Shown here: piece after piece, positions 12,215-25,725 of the stretch
How positions within the stretch are numbered: the stretch's first letter is position 1
How the letters are laid out: each line of letters opens with the position of its first letter
Origin: Octopus vulgaris
Taxonomy: Eukaryota
NCBI GenBank assembly: GCA_951406725.2
Contig: OX597835.1
Location: forward strand, 9,424,001-9,488,000
Direction of reading: 5' to 3'
DNA: 64,000 nucleotides
Translations under genes and position numbers: made by a program
Notes under the pieces: generated by a model
The model's database searches: none
What the model was told of the DNA's origin: nothing
Seen by the model: the letters and a program-made list of their open reading frames with translations, nothing else

Positions 12215-12905
12215 GAAGTATTAGAGGGTTAAGAAGCCGTGGTTGTTGGGTATCACCGTGTATGGGGGTTTGACGTCCAAGGTGAAGAGGAGGTGTGATG
12301 GGCCAGTAGGGAAGGAGAAGGAATTCAAAAGGCGAAGGGCGTGATTGGTGTCTTGTATATATGTGATGGGAAGGCAGCAACTAAAGGGAGCAGAATGCGA
12401 TCAAGGTATTTAGAGATGAGTTCTGAGGGTCAACTGCAGGCGGAAGCAGTGGGGCGGTCAGGCTTTTGTGGTTTATGTATTTTGAGAAGGAAATAGATGG
12501 TGGAGGTACGAGGTGTTCGAATGATGAAGTTGGTAGCGGTAGGGGGATGGCAGAACAGGGGATGAGGTCATAGATGGTAGGGGACACGTGCTGCTGGAAG
12601 AAGGAGGTGTGTTCGGAGGGAGGGAGGCGATAGAAGAGGGGATTTCGAAGCTGACTGAGCGCTTCCGCCCTGTATATGTCCGCGTTCCACACCACCACTG
12701 CTCCACCTTTGTCTACCCGGCTTGCCGACGATGTCATTGCGGCGACGGAGATCGCGAAGAACAATCGATTCAGCCCGGGTGATCTTGGAGGGGTCTTTTT
12801 TGAAATTGAATCGGTCGACCAACTCATTGTAGTCAGGCTTCTCAACTGGCCTGGAGGCGGCTTCCGGTTGGATAAGAGGGGCCTCAAGCAATCCAAGTTG
12901 TTGTG
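12215..12905 (-). pseudogene. Penelope-like element reverse transcriptase fragment (frameshifted)
   Basis: Across frames: ITRAESIVLRDLRRRNDIVGKP / DKGGAVVVWNADIYRAEALSQL / STIYFLLKIHKPQKPDRP / ELISKYLDRILLPLV / SHIQDTNHALRLLNSFSF...LLFTLDVKPPYTVIP. These correspond to the PLE KPADKG, LPKIHK..RP and D..SLYT.IP motifs. Confidence 0.9.
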
Positions 12906-13237
12906 ATGCTGTGTGGACACACATTTACATCTAAGTTTTATTGCATATGTTATATTTTTATATGCATATAACATGCATGTGTGTATATATAAATATATGT
13001 ATTTATACATACATACATTCATACAGGTATATAACTGCATATGTATGAATGTGTTTTTATATGTAAATCTGCTTGAGTATATACATATATACATATATAT
13101 ATATATACACACACACACACATATAATCATTAATATACATATAAATTTATGTATGTACGTACGTACATACATACACACACACCAGTATATATATATACCG
13201 ACACATGCAAATACCTGTGTATGTATATATATACATT

Positions 13238-13383
13238 GTGAGTTCAATTTCCACCGAGGTCGACTTAGCCTTTCATCCCTTTCTGGCTCGATAAAATACG
13301 TACCAGTTGAACACTGGGGTCGATGTAATCGACTTGTCCCCACCCTCAAAATATCCGGCCTTGTGTCTATAGCAGAAAGAATT
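13238..13383 (+). mobile_element. SINE family A, 5'-truncated
   Basis: GAGTTCAATTTCCACCGAGGTCGACTTAGCCTTTCATCCC...GTACCAGTTGAACACTGGGGTCGATGTAATCGACTT. Confidence 0.85.
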
Positions 13384-13588
13384 ATCATCATTATTGCTTT
13401 TACTCCTCAGAATGCTCGGTCTTGTTTGCTCTGGTTCATTCCGTGAGAACGGACAGCAGCAGCCTGCTGTTAGAGCTCTCACGGGGTCGCTTTCCGCACA
13501 TTATAAGCTTTGATAATTGGTTTTTAATTATTGTGAAGACATTCAACACCCAAGAACCAATCTCAGAATCTCAGTTTCAATCTCACTA

Positions 13589-13908
13589 TCTTCTTCTTCT
13601 TCTTCTTCTTCTTCTTCTTCTTCTTCTTCTTCTTCTTCTTCTTCTTCTTCTTCTTCTTCTTCTTCTTCTTCTTCTTCTTCTTCTTCTTCTTCTTCTTCTT
13701 CTTCTTCTTCTCCTCCTCCTCCTCCTTCTTCTTCTCCTCCGTCTTATTCTTTTCCTTCATTCTCCTCCTTCCCTTCTTCTTCTTCTTCTTCTTCTTCTTC
13801 TTCTTCTTCTTCTTCCCCGTCTTCTTCTTATTCCCCTTCTTCTTCTTCTTCTTCTTCTTCTTCTTCTTCTTCTTCTTCTTCTTCTTCTTCTTCTTCTTCT
13901 TCTTCTTC
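13589..13908. repeat. (TTC)n polypyrimidine microsatellite
   Basis: Direct reading. Confidence 0.97.
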
Positions 13909-14179
13909 GCCAGGAACGTATTTGAAAGTTTTATTTTTTATGTTTCTCACATTCCATTATAAAATATACGTCCCAAGTTCCTCTCAGCTGCTTAGAAGTG
14001 AATCTCTCGCATTAAGCACGAGGAAATAGAGCATAGCATTTTAGGCATCGTATAATTCGCCCCACTTTCGAAGAATTTATATATTGGATCAATGTGGAAG
14101 AGATAGCAACCAAGGTTTCCTTCGTATCCTGCTCACCGGTACGTCTTAAAACGTGGAGGACATATTGGATAATATACTG

Positions 14180-14490
14180 CTGGATCTCCGTCGGTTACTA
14201 TGATGAGGGTTCCACTTGATCCGACTAACAGAACAGCCTGACCATGAAATTAGCGTGCAAGTGGCTGAGTATTTCACAGACACGCGTACTCTTGATGTAG
14301 TTCTCAGGGAGATTCAGCGTGACACAGAATCTGACAAGGCCTCTCCTTCGAAATACAAGCACTGAATGGATGGAGCAACATGAACTAAAGTGTCTTGCTC
14401 AAGGACACAACGCATCACCGAGAATCGAACTCACTATTTTACGATCATGGGCTAAACACCTTAACCACCAGGCCACGCATCTTCACCAAT
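14180..14490 (-). mobile_element. Diverged relative of SINE family C
   Basis: CTCCGTCGGTTAC...GAGGGTTCC..TTGATCCGA...GTGGCTGAG...ATTCAGCGTGACACAGA aligns with 54113-54290; tRNA-like head at about 14420-14485. Confidence 0.75.
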
Positions 14491-16606
14491 AGAGTATGTA
14501 TTCCTAGGTAAACGAACATGACAGGATGCGTAAGATTGGATTTTTTTTTTTTATCAGAGATGACTAGTGGTTAAAACCACGATAGAAACAACGACGACAA
14601 CAACAATAATATCAGCAACAATGACAGATCGCTCTTTCATGGAACATGCTCGTTATATTTTTATACCTGCAGTGTTGTGGTTGTTACACGTCAACGGTTT
14701 CTAACAACCATTTTTGTTTCTTTTTCCCGTCGTTGGTGTGTTTGTGTGACAATTCGTAAACATTACTTCACGCTTTCAATATCATTTTCTTTTTTCTTGT
14801 TTTTGTCTTTGATCTCCTGTGGAATCCTTCCCATAATTTCTTTTATAAACTGATTTTGTTACAACATTATCATTCATGGAAAATAATATCTGAATGATTA
14901 TTTTGACAGCTATTCAGTATTGTACATCCTATGTACGAAATAATTCACACAGCCAACAACGATACAGATTCCTTTTGATTCATTGTTGAAGTCAATTCAT
15001 TTTACACATGTTGGACATACTTTTGTTTTGGGTTTTTCCTACAAAGAAGCGAATGTCACATAATCTTGTTTTACCAATAAATGTAGACTTTGTGAGAAAG
15101 TTATATTTATATTACTGCGCTATGTTACTTGATATACGAATTTCTTTTCATAAGTAGATTTTTTTTCTGTGATTTGTTAGCAATACGAAGCTGTTTTGTC
15201 GAGCAAGTCGGTAACGAATAAGACTGACATATAGATATCGTTTTCTCTTTGACGTTCGCATTTGAATATTGGAATATGTCTTGCTAATGTTCAAATATTA
15301 TATTTAAAAAATACAGAAAAGTGTCTATAGACACAAATATCACAAAAACATTGTAACAATGAGTACATAAAGGCGGCACAGTTGGCTTCAGAGAATCTCT
15401 GAAGATTATTTGTTTAGAATGTGTAACATGCTATATGGAAAAATCCTGACCTTTTACAGGTCACAGATCTCAATACTAAACATATTGAACCATTGAATAA
15501 TACGGCAATGGGGGAGACAATTTTTCAATATGTATTATTTGGGATACATATATGCAAACAAACATTTATATATTCGAGTATGTGTTATGTGTGTGTGTGA
15601 GCGTGTGTGTGCTCACGGGCGTGTTATTATCGTATTGTAAATGGTCGAATGATTGATATCAAGAATGAAGTGAGAACGAAAAATCCTTTTATGTTCGAGT
15701 GGGAGTAGCCAAGATACCTTTAAAATCGAAAATAAAAATTACAAGCAGCCTGGGATGCAATTCCACATTTCGAATTATCATTGATAAAAGAAACGCATAA
15801 AAGAAAATTGTTTGCCAAGGTTTAGAGTCACGAGAAAATAAGGAGAAAATGTATCACTTTGAGTTTAACAAATCCTATTTCGAATAATTTGGCAATAGGA
15901 AAAGATTATGCGTTTAACGGAGAGCAATGCCATGATATGAATACCGAACAGAATATCTAACGAAGAATCTGTTATAGATTAATGATAATTTCATATTATT
16001 AGAATATATAAATAGAATTCAAGGGAGCTTTGGTAATAATATGGGAGAAAATAAAGAATGTAATAGGATTATTGAGTGCTATTGTTTATATAAATTGAGT
16101 TAATTATTTGTAAAAAGCTTAAGATGGTGTGTGCCTGGCAATTATTGGAGTTCAATTCTTGAAATAGGCGTATATTTGGTATTTAACATGGCATTTCTTT
16201 TCTAGCCGTTCCTGCTTACTGACCTGAGTATAACTTCTAAATGAATATTATTGTTTCCTTTCTCCGCCTTGCTGCCACAGATACTCGATATTCCAGCTAC
16301 ATGAATAGCTAAGATAATTTACAAACGTTTGGTAAGTGTCACCAAGTCATGAATAGTTACAAACGCTGATATTAAAAGAGAGCTGAATGCCAAAGAGAGA
16401 GTGTAATTTAGGAAGATCATAAGACCAGGCAGTTCTCATACGGGCACTCCACCTCCACATTTGTGAAGATAAGAATGGAATAGATATTAGATGCATTTAA
16501 ATCTAGACAATAAACAGAATACGATATAAAGGCAGCATATATCCAGTTTGATACTTGAAAATGTGAAATTTGAATAACCAGAAGTGAGGTGTTATTTGAT
16601 ACAACA

Positions 16607-16649
<43 letters not shown>

Positions 16650-16699
16650 TGCTTAGAGAAGAAGTACGAAACGAAACGAAACGAATCGAATCGACATTT

Positions 16700-16940
16700 G
16701 CATACATACATATATGTACGTACCTACATCTACATGTATATATACATACATATATAAATATATATACGTGAGTAGAGGACACCACAAATAGACGTAGAAC
16801 TCAACGAGAAACGAAAACGTAAAAACAAACATGGAACGGACCTTTTTTAACAACGAAAAAACAGAGTACAAGACAAACACACAAGGAAAAATCCCCTTCA
16901 TCAGCTGTCCCTAGTTCAACTCCAGCGTGTTTCGAAGTTT
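16700..16940 (-). mobile_element. Copy of the 5430-5770 repeat family (probable PLE terminal repeat)
   Basis: Reverse-complement homology to about 5545-5750; contains CTGATGA and an upstream CGAAAC. Confidence 0.65.
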
Positions 16941-17085
16941 TAAAAAAAGTTTTCTTTTAATTTTTCTAAATTTAATTGTTTAATTGTTACAGTTGAAAAA
17001 GTCTCAATGACTGGAACCGGTACTGAAATGCTTTTTATAAAATTATTTTATCATTTTCTATCTTGACTGTTATATATATATATAT

Positions 17086-18231
17086 ATGTTTGTATGTATG
17101 TATGAATGTTTGTATGTATGTATGAATGTATGCATGAAGGTATGTATGAAGGTATGTATGTATGTATGTATGTATGTATGTATGTATGTATGTATGTATG
17201 TGTGTATGTATGTATGTATGTATGTGTGTGTGTATGTATGTATGTATGTATGTATGTATGTATGTATGTATGTATGTATGTGTGTGTGTATGTATGTATG
17301 TATGTGTGTAAGTATGTATGTATGTATGTATGTATGTATGTATGTATGTGTGTGTATGTATGTATGTATGTATGTATGTATGTATGTATGTATGTATGTA
17401 TGTATGTATGTATGTGTGTATGTATGTATGTATGTATGTATGTATGTATGTATGTATGTATGTATGTATGTATGTATGTATGTATGTATGTATGTATGTA
17501 TGTATGTGTGTATGTATGTATGTATGTATGTATGTGTGTATGTATGTATGCATGTATGTATGTATGTATGTATGTATGTGTGTGTGTATGTATGTATGTA
17601 AGTATGTATGTATGTATGTATGTATGTATGTATGTGTGTGTGTGTAAGTATGTATGTATGTATGTATGTATGTATGTATGTATGTATGTATGTATGTATG
17701 TATGTATGTGTGTGTGTAAGTATGTATGTATGTATCTATGTATGTATGTATGTATGTATGTATGTATGTATGTATGTATGTATGTATGTATGTATGTATG
17801 TATGTATGTATGTATGTATGTATGTATGTATGTATGTATGTATGTATGTATGTATGTATGTGTGTGTGTATGTATGTATGTATGTATGTATGTATGTATG
17901 TATGTATGTGTGTGTATGTATGTATGTATGTATGTATGTATGTATGTATGTATGTATGTATGTATGTATGTACGTATGTATGTATGTATGTATGTGTGTG
18001 TATGTATGTATGTATGTATGTATGTATGTATGCATGTATGTATGTATGTATGTATGTATGTGTGTGTATGTATGTATGTAAGTATGTATGTATGTATGTA
18101 TGTATGTATGTATGTATGTATGTATGTATGTATGTATGTGTGTGTGTGTGTAAGTATGTATGTATGTATGTATGTATGTATGTATGTATGTATGTATGTA
18201 TCTATGTATGTATGTATGTATGTATGTATGC

Positions 18232-18264
<33 letters not shown>

Positions 18265-18335
18265 TGTATGTATTTATGTATGTATGTATGTATGTATGTG
18301 TGTGTGTAAGTATGTATGTATGTATGTATGCATGA
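17086..18335. repeat. ~1.25-kb (TATG)n microsatellite
   Basis: Direct reading. Confidence 0.98.
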
Positions 18336-19743
18336 AGGTATGTATATCAGTGGCGTGCAATCGAGGCATGCAAGTTATGCACTGCCTACCCGTTTATTAT
18401 TTTTTTTCATATAACTCAAAAATTAAGTTAAGAATGTAATGTATTTATAACCACATTGAAAAGCTATCCGAATTTTTGGAAACTGAACTAAAATAGTTAC
18501 TTTGTTTCAAAGGAAACCCTGCCAGATTCGATACCTTGCTGTATTCCCATTCTGTTTGCTGTAGGCATACTTGAAGAAAAATGCTTATGAAATCTTTTCT
18601 CCTCCCCTTCTTCTCTTTCAAGAAATATCATTTCTCGTTTGCCTGTCTGTAACATCAATGTCTGTAAGATTCTCTTTTGCTTCGATAAAATAACTACGGA
18701 TGTCATGCTTTCAGAGAAACGCATATTTTGGCTTCTCTCCATTTTTATGACAAGCATTTATCAACAATTCTTTGCAATTGATGTCGCTAACGCGACAGGC
18801 TAATTACGTGGATGGGTTTGATTTTTTGACCTGAAAAATTCTGACCAAAACATAATCAACAATCCCATAATTCTTAATTAGTCAACTGAAGTGTTGCCGT
18901 GACTTTGAAATATCTATTTCGTCTGTCGTAAGTTTTGAAATTATTATCATTAACCATCTTCTGGATTGGACACATTTTCCAAAATTCTAAAATGAGAAAT
19001 TTAATATAGCTAATTAATTTTTCGTTGATTTGATAAAAATTATCTTTCCGTTTTGGTGAAATTGATTTACAATTCTTCACGCCCACAGTCACACACACTC
19101 ACACATGCACTATTACTTTCATAAGATTTCTTTAAGATTTTCAAAATATTTGTTCAAATGATTGAAACATACACGCATAAATATAAACACACACACTGGA
19201 AGATGTGTGTGTTTGTGTTTGACTTTATGTATAAATCATTTTGTATAAATAATTTTCTTTTACGTTCTTTCAAATCTTCTTTCATCATTAGGTAAGTGTA
19301 ATTTACACTTCTTTTTGTAGCATGCTGCGGTATTTCACATCTTTGCTACTCCCAACAAATAAAAAGAAACAGTAGGCTTTTGTATAGCGTTTCTAGAGTT
19401 TTCTACAATGTTGAATTTCCGTTGCCTTTCATTGTTTCTGTGTTTATGTACATGCGTGTATGTTCAATGTGCGCGTGCATGTTTGAACAAGACGTAGTCT
19501 TTTAATGTACGGAGTTCAATAAGTATCAGAAAAGGCTGCTCGAGTGAGTGTCAATTACTTTCCCGAAATTGGCGAGGTGCCTGATAAAGCAGCTGGTTTG
19601 TCTTTCAGACGTAATGGTCTAAAACCATGGCCATATTACGTAACTAATATGTTCTCTTAATTAAATAATTTCAAAATGATTCGGTTCAACAAATAAGTAA
19701 TTATTGCATGACCAACCTCAGAAGTCACTGCACGCCACTGATG

Positions 19744-19799
<56 letters not shown>

Positions 19800-19800
19800 A

Positions 19801-19973
19801 GACGCAGGAGTGGCCGTGTGGTAAGAAGCTTGCTTACCAACCACATGGTTCCGGGTTCATTCCCACTGTTTGGCCATTTGGGCAAGTGTCTTCTACTATA
19901 GCCTCGGTCCGACCAAAGCCTTGTGAGTGGATTTGATAGGCGGAAACTGAAAGAAGCCTGTCGTATATATGTT

Positions 19974-20045
<72 letters not shown>

Positions 20046-20250
20046 GTGTGTCTGTGATTGTCCCCCAACATCGCTTGACAACCGATGCTGGTGTGTTTAC
20101 GTGTCCGTAAATTAGCGTTTCGGCCAAAAAAAGACCGATAGAATAAGTACTAGGCTTCCAAAAAAACGTCCTGGGGTCGATTTGCTCGACTAAAGGCTGT
20201 GCTCCAGCATGGCCGCAGTCAAATGACTGAAACAAGTAAAAGAGTAAATA
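19801..20250 (+). mobile_element. SINE family B, full length
   Basis: Head GACGCAGGAGTGGCCGTGTGGTAAG, CORE-like segment, tail GCTCCAGCATGGCCGCAGTCAAATGACTGAAACAAGTAAAAGAG. Confidence 0.92.
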
Positions 20251-20306
20251 AGTATATTAGGACGAACAATTTGTCTTAACTAACCGGATATTTTAAAATT
20301 ACTATA

Positions 20307-20725
20307 TACTCTTTACTCTTTACTCTTTTACTTGTTTCAGTCATTTGACTGCGGCCATGCTGGAGCACCGCCTTTAGTCGAACAAATCAACCCCGGAACT
20401 TATTCTTTGTAAGCCCAGTACTTATTCTATCGGTCTCTTTTGCCGAACCGCTAAGTGACGGGGACGTAAACACACCAGCATCGGTTGTCAAGCGATGCTA
20501 GGGGGACAAACACACAAACATACAAACACAAACACACACACATATATATATATACATATATACGACAGGCTTCTTTCAGTTTCCATCTACCAAATCCACT
20601 CACAAGGCATTGGTTGGCCTGGGGCTATAGCAGAAGACACTTGCCCAAGATGCCACGCAGTGGGACTGAACCCGGAACTATGTGGTTGGTTAGCAAGCTA
20701 CTTACCACACAGCCACTCCCGTGCC
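20307..20725 (-). mobile_element. SINE family B, full length
   Basis: Reverse complement of the family; tail-to-tail with the 19801 copy. Confidence 0.92.
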
Positions 20726-21520
20726 TATCTAATATTAAAAAAATATTTTATGGATATAACAGTGAGAAAATCATTGAAGATCGGCTTCGATCGATATTAG
20801 TTATGTGTCAGGGATAGGGAATAATAATTAACTGAAAAATTGAGGTAGTTTATGAGAAAGTTGCTTTGTCTTACCTAAGTATGTGTCTATATATGTGTAT
20901 ATGCATATGTATATATATATATTGATGTATGTGTGTATATGTGTGCGTGTTTGTGATACATATACATATGTGTAAATATATGTATTTATTATGTATATAT
21001 ATATATATGTATGTATACATTCGTGTATGTATGTATGTACGTATGTCCGTGTGTATGTATGTATGTGTATGTATGTATGTATATATGTATGTATGAATAT
21101 ATGTATGTATGTACGTACCTGTGTCCGTATGTATGCATGCTTGTATGTATGTATGTACGTATGTATGTTTGCATATATGTATATGACGTGAAATTATCGG
21201 TGAAAATCATAAACTGTTGGATATAAGTGAGTAAATTTCAAAAGAGAAAAAATTTAATAAGATTTTTGAGAACGTTTTTCTAATTAAGGCGGTTAAATTT
21301 TAGTTGTATTGTGTTATGAAATAGCTATTAAACAGACAGTCACACACACACACACGTACACACGCACGCACACATACATGCACGCACGTACGTACACTCA
21401 CAGACACACACATACATACAAACACTCACGCACGCATATACAACCATACATACATGCATAAACACAGTCACATATATATGAATATAAACATGTGTGCTTG
21501 TGTATATATGTATATATATA

Positions 21521-21565
<45 letters not shown>

Positions 21566-21694
21566 AGTGCATATATATAAGTACATATATATAAGTATAT
21601 ATATATATATATATATATACATATATTTATTTATATATATCCTTATTTATATACATCTATATATATATATATATACGTCTATTTATATATATAT

Positions 21695-22166
21695 ATAGAT
21701 GTATATAAATAAGGATAAGATCGATATTTAAATATCGATGTTATCAAGTGGCCAGCATGGGAATAAAAAACCTTTCAAAGGTAATAATTATTTAATTAAA
21801 ATTATAATTTAGGATATCTAAGAGATACCACCACGCTGAAAATAGCAGTCACGAACGTGACTCTAAAACCACATTAAATGTTCACATAGCACTAGCAGAG
21901 AAGAGGATTTGCATAAGAGATGCTCTGCCTTCATCAATGGAATACACTCGGATCGCTGAGTATATTCCACTGATGAAGGCAGAGCATCTCTTATGCAAAG
22001 TCAGAAATCTGGGATCTGGAATTATCCAGTAAATTTTTTGCTAGTTTATTTTGTCTCTCTGTCTATTCTCCTAGTGCTATATGAACATTTAATGTGGTTT
22101 TAGAGTCAAGTTTTTGACTGCTATTTTCAGCGTGATGTATCTCTTAGATATCCTAAATTATAATTT
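21695..22166 (+). mobile_element. Foldback element (arms 21799-21949 / 21958-22166) between (TA)n tracts, carrying a hammerhead
   Basis: AAATTATAATTTAGGATATCTAAGAGATAC...GGAATACACTC, 8-nt loop, then the reverse complement with a ~70-nt extra segment in the right arm. Confidence 0.88.
21964..22022 (+). ncRNA. Type I hammerhead ribozyme, canonical CUGAUGA/GAAA core, predicted cut after AUC (22016)
   Basis: AUUCCA-CUGAUGA-A-GGC aga GCAU cucuu AUGC aaa GUC-A-GAAA-UC ugg GA-UC-UGGAAU. Stem I is 6 bp, stem II bipartite, stem III AUC/GAU. Confidence 0.75.
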
Positions 22167-22167
22167 C

Positions 22168-22200
<33 letters not shown>

Positions 22201-22365
22201 CATGCATATACTATATAAATATATTGGCATACATACACATATATGTACATACATATATTTATATACACAAGCATATATGGGCACAGGACGCTGCGGAATG
22301 CGGAACGTAAACAACATAAAATAAACACAAAATACGAAACGAAATCTGACAATCATTACGTATAC

Positions 22366-22509
<144 letters not shown>

Positions 22510-22585
22510 GTTAATATTTTATATATGTGTGTACGTATGCATATATATAGAGATAGATAGATATATAAGTATGCATGTAAAGATC

Positions 22586-22635
<50 letters not shown>

Positions 22636-22899
22636 TACACACACACACATACATATTGAGAACAATTAAGTATTATAGATTTGTTAGGAATTGGTATATC
22701 GATGTATCAGTCTTAATCTATAATAGAGAGTGTTCATAATCATAATAGCTATTAGTTATATTTATGGTTGGATTAACTATATAAAATTGAATCTGTTTTC
22801 AACAGATTCATCAAAAGATTGAATATTTGCAAATAAAGGTTTTGGATTAATTGTCAGATAAACGAAAAGTAAAGGAACTTTCCATGTTGCGAAATATAT

Positions 22900-23245
22900 T
22901 TTTGCTTTATTTGAATACACAAAGTAGGTTGATGATTAATGTGGTCTGCAGAAGGTAAAATAAACGATGATATACCTTAGGGAGTTTAATAAGATGACAG
23001 ATGGATGGATAAAGGGAGTATTTGATAATGCTTTGTGAACGAAGAGCTTGGAGGTGGTCTAAAGAGATATATTTGTGGTGGTGAGTAGCGAAGAAACAAA
23101 GGGAATGGCGGAAAATGTATTTAATCTGGGAAAGAAAGAAATTGTCAATAAAATGCAAAATAGGGATTGAAGGGGTCTGTAATGAAATTGGTGGCACATT
23201 TGTTTTATGAAGGTAAACCTATGACTCCTAGACAGTTATTGACAC
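22900..23245 (-). pseudogene. Possible highly decayed PLE reverse transcriptase relic
   Basis: Across frames IGLP / HKTNVPPISLQTPSIPILHFIDNFFLSQIK resembles YGLPKxHKxxVPxRPI...FID; heavily eroded. Confidence 0.4.
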
Positions 23246-23318
23246 ATTCCGCTGGGATTTTATAAATGTATTTGCGTACATGTATGACACAAAGAGATAC
23301 AAAGAGCGACAGAGAAAG

Positions 23319-23320
<2 letters not shown>

Positions 23321-23374
<54 letters not shown>

Positions 23375-23645
23375 GTGTGTGTGTGTGTGTATATGTGTGT
23401 GTTTGTGTATGTGTGTGTATGTGTGTGTGTGTGTGTGTATGTGTGTGTGTGTGTATGTGTGTATGTGTGTGTGTATGTGTGTGTGTGTGTATGTGTGTGT
23501 GTTTGTGCGCGTGTGTGTTTGTGTATGTGTGTGTGTATGTGTGTATGTGTGTGTATGTGTGTGTGAATGTGTGTGTGTTTGTGCGTGTGTGTGTGTGTGT
23601 GTTTGTGCGTGTGTGTGTGTGTGTGTATTTGTGTGTGTGTGTGTT
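23321..23645. repeat. (TG)n microsatellite
   Basis: Direct reading. Confidence 0.97.
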
Positions 23646-23656
23646 TTCTTGTTGGG

Positions 23657-24540
23657 TAATCTTGATCTCTGTGGTTTTCGTCACTGCATATCAAAATCTT
23701 TAGAAATTTTTTTTTTAATGTCTCATATTGATGTAATTTTTGACGTTAAATCCGGAGTTGGGATTCATTTATTCCAGAAAAATTTTGCGAAAACGTTATA
23801 GGTAGGTGTTCAGTTTGATAATTTTCAGAATTTTCAGCCAGTCAGAATACAGCGCTGTCGGTGCCTCTTTCATCATCTGTCACAGTAGCGAGAAAGCGGC
23901 CGGGGTGGGGCGGGGAGCACCGGCATGACAAAATATTAAACTAGCTACGGTAAACAGTGAAAAAACATGTAAGGATTAGTGAGAAAATTAAATATTTTAA
24001 AGCTACGGGAAAACAAACAGGAGCTGCTAGAAATAACAGTCGAGACATGAAAATATACACGAGCAAAATTAACAGTGAAAACAGGGAAAAACATTAAAAG
24101 ATCCGCACGAATATGAGATATTTAAAAGTAATGAGCAAAACAACAGGACTTGCCAGAAATAACAGTCAACACGTGGTTACAATCCTTATGTGCATGCGCA
24201 GCATCTTTGGTTACTATGGAAACAGAGTTCTACGCAATCAGCTATGGAACACATGGTGCTCCTTTGCTTTGGTTAATATTGAACCGAGTTCTTCGCCTCG
24301 GTGATGTGTAAAATACCGATTGGCTAAATTACCCATTTTTTGCAAATTTTAATGGCTAATAATATTTTAATTGTGAGTTTATGGTGAAAATGAATTTCCT
24401 TTTCATAAATAGTATACAAAATGTAATCACTATATTAAATTTTAAAATGATTAGAACAAAATTGTAGACAGTGACGAAAACCACAAAGACCCGATAATTC
24501 TTTAACTTTTTCGTTACTGATTGCAAAACGGAGATCAAAA
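23657..24540. mobile_element. Probable non-autonomous DNA transposon with inverted repeats
   Basis: TCTCTGTGGTTTTCGTCACTG (23666-23686) versus CAGTGACGAAAACCACAAAGA (24469-24489), 20/21 complementary; internal direct repeat AGAAATAACAGTC near 24030 and 24155. Confidence 0.55.
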
Positions 24541-25585
24541 ATATAAAAAATTAGATTTCTTTGAGTCAACTTCTGGATATATGTGAATGAGTGGATGTGT
24601 TAGTGTGGACACACAGAGACCCTATTTATGTGTTCTTCGCCTACACACAAGATGTTACTTTCCTTGCTGTGTACACATGTGATGTTTTCATTTTTCTATT
24701 TACTCTTAGTAAGGATTTCCCTAATGACACGATGTTATACTAAAAAGTAGTTAACAGTGCCCTATCCCTGCTACGTCCCTTCATTTCACATAGGCTTTGT
24801 CATTGTCGATGTGGGTGTCATAGGTGGTGCTGAGTAACTTAATTGTCAACGTTGCAGATCTCTCCCCGCATATAACCTAGTTCCCGTAATAGTGTTACTA
24901 ATACTGACATCGCAAATAGATATATAATCTCATTAACTGCAGACAGCTCTGTCATTCATAACTTCCCAAATATGCTGAATTAATTTTTGTCAATCTCCCT
25001 AGCTTTATTTACAGCATCAGCTTATGCATTATTCACGCCAATTCCAGGAGAAAAGCTGGTTACGGCGGCGTTAGAGATAGGAGAAACAGCCATTATTTAT
25101 GTCCATATTATACATCTGATCAATAATCTTTATTCGATTGATTACAAAATATGAATACGAACAAAATCCATTACTGTGTTGTGACCAACTCCTCCTGTTT
25201 TCGTAGTTTCAGTTGTATGATGTCTAATTGCCATCATTAAAATACTGTGAATGACATTTTTTGCCTCGGCTCTGTTAAATATTACGAGACCAACATTAAA
25301 AGCAAGAAATCATCACAGAATTACCCATTGATAATCTAGTTTTGGCTGTGATTGCTACGGTAGTTTCAGTTCTCATTGCTTAGCGGCATGGGGTATGTTG
25401 TTTGCTTAACAATGTCATTCAGAAAAGAGAATTAACCTTGGCAACTTTTAATAAATACAGTCTCCAGAAGTGAGGCTGAGACAAAAGTCTTCCTATAGAC
25501 AGGTCAGATCCTGGTTAATAGATTTCAGTAAGCAAAGGCTCTGTTCGGCACAGTGCGTTGTCATATTGTACTTATACCCCACCTC

Positions 25586-25616
<31 letters not shown>

Positions 25617-25725
25617 CAGTATACATGTGTATGTGTAGGTATTTGTAAATGTATGTACATACAAGTTACGAGTATAAGTATGAGTGTATGAATATACAAA
25701 TGTATTTATCTATTTTTTTCTCTGT

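Noticed and set aside
17035-18439. Long YVCM/HTYI ORFs, also at 61476-62993 and elsewhere
   Set aside because: Translations of (TATG)n microsatellites.
18348-19000. Possible hAT end CAGTGGCGTGC and transposase relic
   Set aside because: No partner terminal repeat or target-site duplication found, and no convincing protein motif.
25030-25260. Possible second Tc1-like relic (minus-strand LTPP*PAFLLELA*)
   Set aside because: Too degenerate to support by eye.
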